From Macrostomum lignano (lineage: Eukaryota), in the NCBI GenBank assembly GCA_002269645.1, contig NIVC01000266.1, forward strand, positions 1 to 64,000: 64,000 nt of DNA. The letters are read 5' to 3'. Shown piece by piece: positions 22,590-32,825 of the stretch; positions within the stretch are counted from its first letter, which is position 1, and every line of letters begins with the position of its first letter. Position numbers and translations under genes: made by a program. The notes beneath the pieces were generated by a model. That model had not been told where the DNA came from and searched no databases. It was given only the letters and a program-made list of their open reading frames with translations.

Positions 22590-24115
22590 AGAGTGACAGT
22601 GACAGGAAGAGGAGAGTGACGGACAGATTGACTGTAAGAGGAGAGTGACGAACAGAGTGACAGTAACAGGAGAGTAACAGGAAGAGGAGAGTGACGGACA
22701 GAGTGACAGGAAGACGAGAGTGCCGGAGAGAGTGACAGTAAGAGGAGAGTGACGAACAGAGTGACAGTAAAAGGAGAGTGACGAACAGAGTGACAGGAAG
22801 AGTAGAGTGACGGACAGAGTGACAGAAAGAGGAGAGTGACGGACAGAGTGACAGGAAGACGAGAGTGCCGGAGAGAGTGACAGTAAGAGGAGAGTGCCGG
22901 AGAGAGTGACAGTAAGAGGAGAGTGACGAACAGAGTGACAGTAAAAGGAGAGTGACGAACAGTGACAGGAAGAGGAGAGTGACGGACAGAGTGACAGGAA
23001 GAGGAGAGTGACGGACAGAGTGACAGAAAGGAGAGTAACGGACAGAGTGACAGGAAGAGGAAAGTGACGGACAGAGTGACAGTAACAGGAGAGTAACAGG
23101 AAGAGGAGAGTGACGGACAGAATGACAGGAAGACGAGAGTGCCGGAGAGAGTGACAGTAAGAGGAGAGTGACGAACAGAGTGACAGTAAAAGGAGAGTGA
23201 CGAACAGAGTGACAGAAGAAGAGAGTGACAGAGTGACAGGAACAGGAGAGTGACGGACAGAGTGACAGGAAGACAGGAAGAGGAGAGTGACGGACAGAGT
23301 GACAGAAAGGAGAGTAACGGACAGAGTGACAGAAAGAGGAGAGTGACGGACAGAGTGACAGGAAGACGAGAGTGCCGGAGAGAGTGACAGTAAGAGGAGA
23401 GTGCCGGAGAGAGTGACAGTAAGAGGAGAGTGACGAACAGAGTGACAGTAAAAGGAGAGTGACGAACAGTGACAGGAAGAGGAGAGTGACGGACAGAGTG
23501 ACAGGAAGAGGAGAGTGACGGACAGAGTGACAGAAAGGAGAGTAACGGACAGAGTGACAGGAAGAGGAAAGTGACGGACAGAGTGACAGTAACAGGAGAG
23601 TAACAGGAAGAGGAGAGTGACGGACAGAATGACAGGAAGACGAGAGTGCCGGAGAGAGTGACAGTAAGAGGAGAGTGACGAACAGAGTGACAGTAAAAGG
23701 AGAGTGACGAACAGAGTGACAGAAGAAGAGAGTGACAGAGTGACAGGAACAGGAGAGTGACGGACAGAGTGACAGGAAGACAGGAAGAGGAGAGTGACGG
23801 ACAGAGTGACAGAAAGGAGAGTAACGGACAGAGTGACAGGAAGAGGAAAGTGACGGACAGAGTGACAGGAAGAGGAGAGTGACGGACAGTGACAGGAAGA
23901 GAGTGACGGACAGAGTGACAGGAAGAGGAGAGTGACGGACAGAGTGACAGGAAGAGAGTGACGGACAGAGTGACAGGAAGAGGAGAGTGACGAACAAAGT
24001 GACAGGAAGAGGAGAGTGACGGACAGAGTGACAGGAAGAGGAGAGTGACAGGAGGAGGAGAGTGACAGGTAGGAGAGTGACGAACAAAGTGACAGAAAGA
24101 GGAGGGTGACAAGAA
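22590..24115. repeat. Purine-rich ~23-29-bp minisatellite (GAGTGACGGACAGAGTGACAGGAAGAGGA) with a 507-bp higher-order duplication
   Basis: Identical variant strings recur at 22861/23368 and 23221/23728. Confidence 0.93.
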
Positions 24116-24469
24116 GCATTAACAGTCACTATATTTAAATTGGTCAAGCCAAACTAACATAATCAAGGACAAAGAAATTAATTCTAGACAGAATGTTTGT
24201 ATTTTTGGGGTTGCACGCAAAATAGTCTTTGTCAGTATATTTCTAGTTACCAGACTGAGCCTCGGACAAAGGAAAATGCAACCGGATATTTCTGTCAACA
24301 TTACGTAATAAATACGCGAGAGTCAATTATGAATTATGACAGTGCGGATTTCATACGCATTATAAAATGTACAAGTTTTCACTAGCAAAATGCTGCGTTT
24401 ACGAGTGAATGAGAGGCCAACAAGCTGGGTTGCAACAGCATGAGTGTAATATAATATAAGCCGTCAGAA

Positions 24470-24870
24470 ATCCCTAGCTATTCTAGCCAATTAGAAAACG
24501 TCTCGCTTTTCTAGCCGATTAGAGAACGTCTAACTTGTCTAGCCAATGAGAGGACGGCTAGCTTTTCTAGCCAATCAGATAAATCCTAGCTTTTCTAGCC
24601 AACTAGAGAATGCCTCGCCTTTTCTAGCCAATGAGAGGATATCTAGCTTTTCTAGCCAATCAGAGAACTCCTAGCTTTTCTAGCCAATTAGAGAATGCCT
24701 CGCTTTTCTAGCCAATGAGAGGATATCTAGCTTTTATAGCTAATTAGAGAACTCCTAGCTTTTGTAGCCAATCAGAGGACGCTTAGCTTTTCTAGCCAAT
24801 TAGAGAACGTCTGACTTTTCTAACCAATTACAGAACGCTTGACGCTAAGCTGCTCCAGCCAATCAAAGAC
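24470..24870 (+). repeat. ~29-bp CCAAT-box minisatellite (TTTTCTAGCCAATCAGAGAACTCCTAGC) abutting the ABT1 stop codon
   Basis: About 13 degenerate copies, each with AGCCAAT(C/T/G)AG or a close variant. Confidence 0.9.
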
Positions 24871-24880
24871 CAGCAAAATA

Positions 24881-25892
24881 TCAAGATTTCCCTCGCCCAC
24901 CTCCTAGCAGTTGTGCCAAAAATGTAGGATTATTAACGGCCTGCAACTCGGGATCGTTGTTGCCCTTGCGGCTCCGCCGTTCGCGTCGACGCCGCTGTTC
25001 AACCCGCTGCAACTCCGGCAAAGGTCGAAACTGATCGCCCTTGGCTTGCTTAGCTCGCTCCTGAGATTTCGACTGCTCCAAGGATTCCTTGTAGAGCTTG
25101 CCGATCCGTCTAGCTTGCTGAATCTCCATTGCCAGGCGCTTATTTCTAACGGCTTTCTCGTTGGCCTCTCTATAGGTGATGTCGGTCCAGGCAAAGCCGG
25201 GCAGGTAGCGCAGATTCCACAGCTGGCCAGCCCACGGCTTTTTCTTGTCGGCTACTTCGGTGGCGTTCAAAGAGGCGACGCAACGCTTTGCGTCTGATCG
25301 GCGAAGGAATTCGGCCCAGCCTTCGCTGTACAGCCGCCAGCGCTTGCGGGCCGATGCTTCTTCGACCTTTGCGTGGTAAAAATGCAGGGAAAGAAGTGCT
25401 GATGTTAAAAAGCAATCCAGCCAATTAAGAAAAAAATTAACAAAATCCAACCCAATGAGAACACAGCAAGCGAAATCCAGCCAATCAGAACACAATAAAG
25501 CAAAATCCATCCAATCAGAACACAGCAAGCAAAATCCAGCCAATCAGAACACAGCAAGCAAAATCCAGCCAATCAGAACACAGTAAAGCAATTAGATTAC
25601 AGTACCATTCGAACCAATCAGATTTGAGTAGCATTTCAACCAATCAGAGCAGAGTACTAAAAAGGCAGCTTTAAAAACTAACCTGCAAAAAAACTCGCCC
25701 TAACTTTCCATATGGCGAGAGGTGCTCCCGAACCAGTTTCACCGTCATACCGTGCGGTACGCTGCTCAGATACACAATTCCAGGCTTTAGCGACTTCCCA
25801 GTTGAGGATTTGGGGAGTTCCTCCTTGAGCTCCTCTTCCATAGGCTCGGCTGCTTCGTCTGCTGACATGCCGCTTTGGGGATTAGTGGTCAT
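24881..25892 (-). CDS. ABT1: Activator of basal transcription 1 / Esf2 (RRM, pre-rRNA processing), 231 aa
   Basis: Exons 25892-25683 and 25366-24881, phase 0, AAG acceptor. Motifs PGIVYLSSVPHGM, YGKLGRVFLQ, YSEGWAEF, AKRCVASLN, LWNLRYLPGFAW. Confidence 0.94.
25410..25650 (+). repeat. ~29-bp CCAAT-box minisatellite (AAATCCAGCCAATCAGAACACAGCAAGC) in the ABT1 intron
   Basis: Tandem copies directly visible. Confidence 0.9.
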
Positions 25893-25944
25893 GAATTGGG
25901 ATCCAGAGTTGCTAAGCTGCTTCCAAATATTAGTTTGTTGGGAT

Positions 25945-26100
25945 TCTTTGTGGGCGGTTTTGGATAATTTGGAGATTCCTGGATTCCTGAATAGTTTTGG
26001 GATTTCTGGGTGGTTTTGGGATTTCTGGATGGTTTTGGGATTCCTGGAAAGTGTGGGAATTTGGTTTTGGGATGTCTAGGTGTTTTTGGCATTTCTAATT
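25945..26100. repeat. TTTTGGGATT-type degenerate repeat between DDX51 and ABT1
   Basis: Several TTTTGGGAT(T) units. Confidence 0.75.
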
Positions 26101-26294
26101 GGTTTTGCGATCAATGAGTAAGAGTAAAAAAGTCGAGCCATTTCTCACAGTACAGCCAAAAAATGCATATGAAAATTGTTGGCTAGGCTGACAATTTCAG
26201 TTATATAATTAGTTAAAGTGAAATGCCTCACAGGGGGGACCAGATAATTATATTCCAACAGTTTCCTTTCAAATGGAAGATCGAAAAACAAAAA

Positions 26295-29200
26295 TCAATC
26301 GTCAACTTCTTTTGATTTGTCTTCTTTTGTCTTTCTCTTTTTCATGCTGCTTTTATTGGCAGTTTTCTTATTCTGATCTTTCGACTGGTCTTCGCTCGCA
26401 GCTTCGACCGCCGACTCGCCCGCCTTCTGCTCCTCGTGCAGCCGGTTCAGGGCAGTCTGGTACCTGGCCTCGTACCGCTTAGTCTTGCTGCCGTGCAGCC
26501 GAACCTCTCGTACTTGACGCCCGCCAGCGCTCAGCATCCGGCGGAAGTGCAGAACCTCGCGCCGCTCCAGCAGGGTGTACGCGGCTCCGGCTCGGCCGGC
26601 TCGCGCAGTGCGGCCGGCGCGGTGCACGTAGGTTCGGAGCGAGGCCGGCCGGTCGTAGCACACGACGGCATCTACGCTGGGCAGGTCCATGCCGCGGGCC
26701 ATGCTGTCCGAGCAGACCAGTACGGACAGTTGGCCGGTGGAGAAACGACGCAGGATGCGGGCTCGCTTGGGCACCTGCGGATTGGGGGAGGGAGATGGGT
26801 AAAAAATCCCAAAATCCCAAAAAGAAATCCCAAAACTCGATCGAAATCCCAAAAGCTCGAATCCCAAAAACTCGATTGAAATTCTCAAAACTCGATTGAA
26901 ATCCTAAAAACTCGATTTAAATCCCAAAAACTCGATTGAAATCCCAAAAAAACGATTGAAATCCTCAAAACTTTAAAAACTTCAAAAACTACAAAAGTTG
27001 AAATACTCAAATCCCAAAAACTCGATTGAAATCCTCAAAACTCGATTGAAATTCCTCAAAACTCGACCGAAATCCCAAAACTCGATCAAAATCCCAAAAG
27101 CTCGATTGAAATCCCAAAAACTCAAAATGCCTCAAGCCCGTAAAAGCGCGGAAGCAGGAAAATCCAGGAACATCAGCAGCACTGCTAGCAGTACTCACGG
27201 GCAGCCTGGCAGACACGGCCTCGCAGGTGACTCGCGGATCGGCAAAAAGTGTAATTAGCGAGGCCAGACGGTGCGCCGACTCGCGCGAGTTCGTGAAGCA
27301 AAGCACCCGGCTGCGGCCGAGGCCCAGCACCAGGTGGATGACAAACAGCGGCTTCTGAGACGGCTTGAGCTGCACGAAGAACTCGCTCAGACGACCGGGC
27401 GCGGCGGACACCTCCAGCTCCTTGTCGGACTCCGCCGTGGCAGTCAGCAGCAGCGGATTGTGCAGCCGGAATCGCTGGAGCAGCTCCGGGTTGTGGGTGA
27501 GGGTGGCGCTCAGCAGCAGCTTCTGAAGGTGCGGCGGCTTCGCGTGCAGCCACGAGTGGATGCTGGGGTGCGGCATCGGCCTGCTCAGATGAGGATTCGT
27601 AAGCAGATTCAGTAAGATTTATCTTATTCATATCCCATGTAATTTTGCCCGCGTGTCAAAATTTCTGTATCCAACCAGCACAGTTGTGATCTTACCCATA
27701 TTTTTGTACAAAGAAATCAATTTTTAAATTCCTATGCCAGATTAATTTGCTTAGTCCCAGATTCCAAGGATTCTTAGTCCCAGATCCTGGGGATTTCTAG
27801 TCCCAGATCCCGAGGATTTCTAGTCCCAGATCCCAGGGATTCCTAGTTCCAGATCCCGGGAATTCCTAGTCCCAGATCTCAGGGGTTTCTAGTCCCAGAT
27901 CCCAGGGGTTTCTAGTCCCAGATCCCGGGAATCCTAGTCCCAGATCCCAGGGGTTTCCAGTTCCAGATCCCATGAATTCCTAGTTCCAGATCCCAGGGGT
28001 TTCTAGTCCCAGACATACATGCGCAACCTCCAAAATTCGGTCGGCCATGCGACTTAGTTTTAACAAAAATGCGACATAGTTTTTGGCTAAAAATGCGAAT
28101 TACATGTAAAAAACCCTAGCGTAAGTAGCGTAAAGCAAAATTAACACTACTTTGGGTAAACGGCAAGAGTAACTATAACTGTCTTATTAAGTCAAAATGC
28201 CTCGTCAGCTACTTAGTACTACTACTTGGTATTTTTTTGGGTGGGCATTTTTGCGACTTCCTTGTTTGGCCGCCAAATCGGTCGGCCGGATCGGCCGACT
28301 CGGCCGACTGTTGCGCATGTATGGTCCCAGATACCGAGGATTTCTAGTCCCAGATCCCGGGAATTCCTAGTCCCAGATCCCAGGGATTTATAGTTCCAGA
28401 TCCCATGAATTCCTAGTCCCAGACTAGTTCCAGATCCCGGGAATTCCTAGTCCCAGATCCCAGGAATTCCTAGTCCCAGATCCCGGGAATTCCTAGTCCC
28501 AGATCCCGGGAATTCCTAGTCCCAGATCCCAGGGATTCCTAGTTCCAGATCCCGGGAATTCCTAGTCTCAGATCCCAGGGGTTCCTAGTCCCAGATACCA
28601 GGAATTCTTAGCCCTAAATACATCACGATTCACTTCTCTATCCATGATCCAATGCACCAAAGTACAATATCCATCCCAAATTCACATCACAGATTCCCAG
28701 TCTCCGAGTGTAAATCCATCCCTACCCAGATTCTAACACAGAGAAATAGAAACCCACACCCAAACTAAAACAGCATGCCAGTCCCAGATCATCACAAAGC
28801 TAATTAACAAGCTCCAAACCCCAGGCCTCACTTGTCCAGCAGCCGTTCCAGCAGTCCGAACCAATCCTGCTTCTGTTCGGCCATGACCCGATCTGCCTCA
28901 TCAATGATAAGCATGCGCAGCCTAGCCAGACTCAATCCCGGACAGTTGAGCAGGTGATCGGCCAGACGGCCGGGAGTGCAAATGACCAGATCGGCCAGAG
29001 GGCGGTAGCTGCCATCTGACATGAGGCGGACCAGCTGGTGCCGCTCCTTCTCCAGGCTGCGCTCGCCAACCAGCAGCTGGCAGCGAATCTGGCGGCGACA
29101 ACCGTCAGAGTCGGCTGCTCCCTCGGACAGAGCGGCCAGCAGCCGGAGGCAAACCTGGTGCACCTGACAAGCCAGGGTTAGGAAATTGAATGATGGGATT

Positions 29201-30612
29201 TTAGCTGGGGGATCACGAGATTGGGACTCTAGCTGGGGGATCAGCAGATTGGGATGTTAGCTGGGGATCAAGAGATTGGGATTCTAGCAGGGGGATCAGC
29301 AGATTGGGATGTTAGCTGGGGATCAGGAGATTGGGATTCTAGCAGGGGGATCAGCAGATTGGGATTTTAGCTGGGGGATCAGGAGATTGGGATTTCAGCT
29401 GGGGGATCAGATTGGGATGTTAGCTGGGGGATCCGGAGATTGGGATGTTAGCTGGTGGATCAGGAGACTGGGATTTTAGCTGGGTATCAGCAGATTGGGA
29501 TTCTAGCTTGGGGATCAAGAGATTGGGATTCTAGCAGGGGGATCAGCAGATTGGGATGTTAGCTGGGGATCAGGAGATTGGGATTCTAGCAGGGGGATCA
29601 GCAGATTGGGATTTTAGCTGGGGGATCAGGAGATTGGGATTTCAGCTGGGGGATCAGATTGGGATGTTAGCTGGGGGATCCGGAGATTGGGATGTTAGCT
29701 GGTGGATCAGGAGACTGGGATTTTAGCTGGGTATCAGCAGATTGGGATTCTAGCTGGGGGATCAGAACATTAGGATTTTAGCTGGGAGATGAGAACATTA
29801 GGATTTTAGCTGGGGATCAGGAGATTGGGATATAGCTAGGGGATCGGAATTTTGGGATTTAGCTAAAGGATTATGAGATTTCTAATTAAGCTATAAGATC
29901 CAGGATATTGGTATTGTAGCTAGGAGCTTCCGATTGCGGTTTTGGCTAGATAGAAGGGCCAACAAACTGTGATTTTAGCGGGGAACCGTTAGCTAGATTG
30001 TTTTTACATGGCTTACAGTTTGTAATCATTCTCGCGATCTCACCAGAGGAGTAGGAGCTCGGTAAAGGTATCAAATATGGGAGAAGCAGTTCCTATATTA
30101 GTGACAAGCCCCAGTGGCATCAAAAAGATTTCTATAAATAAAAGCCGGCAAACAAACCTGCATAGCCAGGTCCCGCACGGGCAGCACAATGATGCACCTC
30201 AGAGCCACAGTTTTGCAGGCAGCCAGCAGTTGCAGAGCCGGCAGCAGGTAGGCCAGAGTCTTGCCGCTGCCCGTAGCCGCGCACACGGCGAAGTCCCTCG
30301 GCCGAGTCCAGCTGTACCGATGGGACGCCAGCACCAGGGGCACGGAGGTGGCCTGCACAGGGAACAGGGTCTCCACACCGGTGGATCTGAGCGCTGAACG
30401 AATTGGCTCGCTCAGGCAGTCAATGGAATCAATTGGTACGGAAGCGTCTAAGCTGTTGTCAATAGCAACCGGCCGGCGCATCCATTCGGGCCGGTAGGCG
30501 CTGCCGGCTGAGCCGACGCCGAGGGGCGCGCGGCGCCGCTTTCGTGTTCGATCGGGAACGAGAGTGAAGCCGCCAACTGACGCCTGTTGGGCTTCCCCGT
30601 TGTCAAGGCCAT
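26295..30612 (-). CDS. DDX51: DEAD-box RNA helicase DDX51/Dbp6; 5' end needs a 1-nt correction to join ATG 30612 (or acceptor 30672) to the helicase frame
   Basis: Exons (30672/30612)-30158, 29163-28832, 27580-27199, 26774-26295; phases 0/2/0. Motifs LFPVQ, AATGSGKT, PVRDLAMQV, TPGRL, DEAD, QKLLLSATLTHNPE, SDSMARGMD, YVHRAGRTARAG. The RPEWMRRP, FAVCAATGSGKT and QKLLLSATLT context is typical of the DDX51/Dbp6 subfamily. Confidence 0.9.
26803..27125. repeat. ~20-bp repeat AAATCCCAAAAACTCGATTG in DDX51 intron 3
   Basis: Tandem copies directly visible. Confidence 0.9.
28014..28323. mobile_element. 310-bp non-autonomous DNA transposon (MITE), 14-bp perfect TIR, 8-bp TSD (hAT-like)
   Basis: CATACATGCGCAAC (28014-28027) and GTTGCGCATGTATG (28310-28323). 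GTCCCAGA is duplicated at 28006-28013 and 28324-28331. Internal TCGGCCGA-type subterminal repeats. Confidence 0.93.
28154..28217 (+). pseudogene. Degenerate 28S rRNA fragment (helix 69-71 region, R2/I-PpoI target) inside the MITE
   Basis: GGGTAAACGGCAAGAGTAACTATAACTGTCTTATTAAGTCAAAATGCCTCGTCAGCTACTTAGT vs conserved eukaryotic GGGTAAACGGCGGGAGTAACTATGACTCTCTTAAGGTAGCCAAATGCCTCGTCATCTAATTAGT: 51/64 ungapped identities by hand count. Confidence 0.88.
29195..29870. repeat. ~28-bp minisatellite GGGATTTTAGCTGGGGGATCAGGAGATT in DDX51 intron 1
   Basis: Tandem copies directly visible. Confidence 0.92.
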
Positions 30613-31303
30613 CAGCTGACGGCTTTGCCTCGTCAATTGAGGCTTTGGGGAAGCGTTGGGTTCGTCAATTTCCTGGAAAATTGTACCAGATCAATTTATT
30701 GCCTTTTATTTGCTAAAATTCATTCTCTATTAGTAGCAACTTGCAGTTTGCAGATAGAATATGCAGACATAAAAATATTTGAAGGATTAGTGTCGGGAAT
30801 GATTTTTTTCTCAGAATTGGGATTGGCATCAGGACTCGGGAATTGGGATTAGTTCTTTTAGTGTACTGTAGTTTGTAGACCAATACAGAGTTGAACAAAA
30901 TTGAACAATGTCAAGATCAAAAGGTAAAACATGACAGAATATATGCAAAGTTTTGTAACCAGCAAAGTAACAAATAATGATGGCTATTGGAATAAATTCT
31001 CAAAGTCTGCGGACACATGCCAAGTGTGACACATTTGCGCACCTAGCATTGCCAATCCTCCAGGGGCAAATGGGTAAACAGCAGGAGTAAATTCTACTGT
31101 GTTGCCTTGTAAACTAATAAGTAGTTTAATCCTGCACTGTTTGTCTAGTTATATTAAATAACTGATGGGATTAACTATGACCAACTTGCCTAAGCTGTCT
31201 ACTGCATGATCTTGTAAGCTTTATTAATTCAGCTAACAAGCAGTTTACTATTTTTCACTTAGCAGAAACTCCCAAAAATTTAGAACTTTGCACACCCCCT
31301 CAC

Positions 31304-31530
31304 CTTGGCCTGCAGACCAGCTGTTATTAAAATGTTTTTTCTCAAACTAAACTGCCATGACAAATTATGGGCTTCTCAATGCTATGCAGATAATGAAAGC
31401 CTTTAGCAATTTGATGCAGCCAGAGAGACAACACAAGTTTGCTACCCTTCAACACACCATTACTTCTGAGTGCCACCTTTCCAGTGTGTGGTACTTCTTT
31501 GGTGTCACCCCACTGGTATACCACCCCTTA
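31304..31530 (-). pseudogene. Degenerate protein-kinase-like exon fragment (subdomain VIa/VIb)
   Basis: LWLHQIAKGFHYLHSIEKPIICHGSL resembles QIAKGMxYLH...PIIHRDL. In-frame stops on both sides; a GTGAGG donor follows at about 31303. Confidence 0.4.
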
Positions 31531-31882
31531 GCCCTTCTAGTATGCTGTTCCTTAGCCTTTCTAGTGTACCAACACTTTTCAAAATATGCCAGGCAACTAT
31601 CTATAAAAATGTAACTTTTTCCAATAGGGACAACAAGGATAGGTTTAAATAATATGTATTTAAATAATCATTATTTCTACAAATTTAAAATCAAAAGACC
31701 TATATTCCCATTTTAAGGTTTAGGATCTAGAGCTTATAGGAATTAAATATTCTTTGGGATCCCAAAAAATTGGGATTGAGATCAGGATTCTATCTGGCCT
31801 CCTCTACTTTTGAGCATATTTTGATAATAGACCTTATAATAGGCTCTTATATATCTTCTATCTTCTATCTTCTTCTAATCTA

Positions 31883-32000
31883 AATATACTAAATCTCTAA
31901 GGTTTGTATGTCCATAACGCTCTACAGATTGCAATCTTAAATAAATATACTAAATCTCTAAGGTTTGTATATCCATAATGCTCTACAGATTGCAATTCTT
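31883..32000. repeat. ~60-bp direct duplication
   Basis: ATATACTAAATCTCTAAGGTTTGTAT..CCATAA.GCTCTACAGATTGCAAT occurs twice. Confidence 0.85.
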
Positions 32001-32633
32001 GACCAATTTTGATTGCATTTTTGCCAAAAGATTTGTAATCAGCCTGGGATTGTATGGTTATTCTAAAACCATAATTAATATATATACCAATTTCAACAAA
32101 TTTCAATAAATAAAACGACAATTCAAAAATAAATTCCCAGAAAGTTTGTTTGGTTCTAATTAATTGACAATTTTGAATGACATTGAAAAAAGTTGTAAAT
32201 TATATAAAAGCTACAAGTCAAATATTGATCTCATAATAAATAATATTAATATTTTTCTACACTTTTCTAGATTTTATGTTGTAAACACTCTTTTATTTAG
32301 CTATGATGCACAATAATGTACTAGATAGTCTAATTTAAAGCATTTGACAATAATTTATATATTTTAAAGTATTCTACTATTTTTTTCTTAAGCCATAGCC
32401 TAAGGCTAATTAGATTCATCTTCAAGGCATGTCCTTTGTTTTTTAATAGAATGCTCAAGGAATTATTACCATATCTTTAAAAACCTCTAATAATAATTAG
32501 GGACTCTAGCAAGATTAAAAAAAGCTTAAAATTTAGATTTTTTCATTTAATCTTCTTCATAGTAAAACTCAGTGACACAAGCAAAGTTATAGCAGGTAAG
32601 TAGTGTAATATGCGGCAATATGCCGGATACATA

Positions 32634-32825
32634 CAGTGGCGCAACCAGGGGGGGGGGGGCGAGGGGGGCGGTCGCCCCACCCCTTACTTAGGCGGTAACT
32701 ATAAAAAAATCAGAGGGGGGGCCAAGCGAATTTTTGCAAAAAACAGAGCCACCCCTCCGCCCACTCCCGAGTCTTCACCCTCCAGAATCCGCCCCCCCCT
32801 CAAAAAATTTCTGGTTGCGCTACTG
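32634..32825. mobile_element. 192-bp hAT-type MITE, 15-bp TIR, 8-bp TSD
   Basis: CAGTGGCGCAACCAG (32634) and CTGGTTGCGCTACTG (ending 32825), 14/15 match. GATACATA is duplicated at 32626-32633 and 32826-32833. Confidence 0.93.

Larger units (their letters stand above)
27770..28620. repeat. ~22-bp minisatellite CCTAGTCCCAGATCCCGGGAATT in DDX51 intron 2, interrupted by a MITE
   Basis: The array resumes in register after the insertion at 28014-28323. Confidence 0.92.

Noticed and set aside
28154-28217. Functional rRNA gene or intronic snoRNA guide
   Set aside because: Only 64 bp, helix-69 pairing is disrupted, it lies inside a MITE, and no convincing C/D box arrangement was found.
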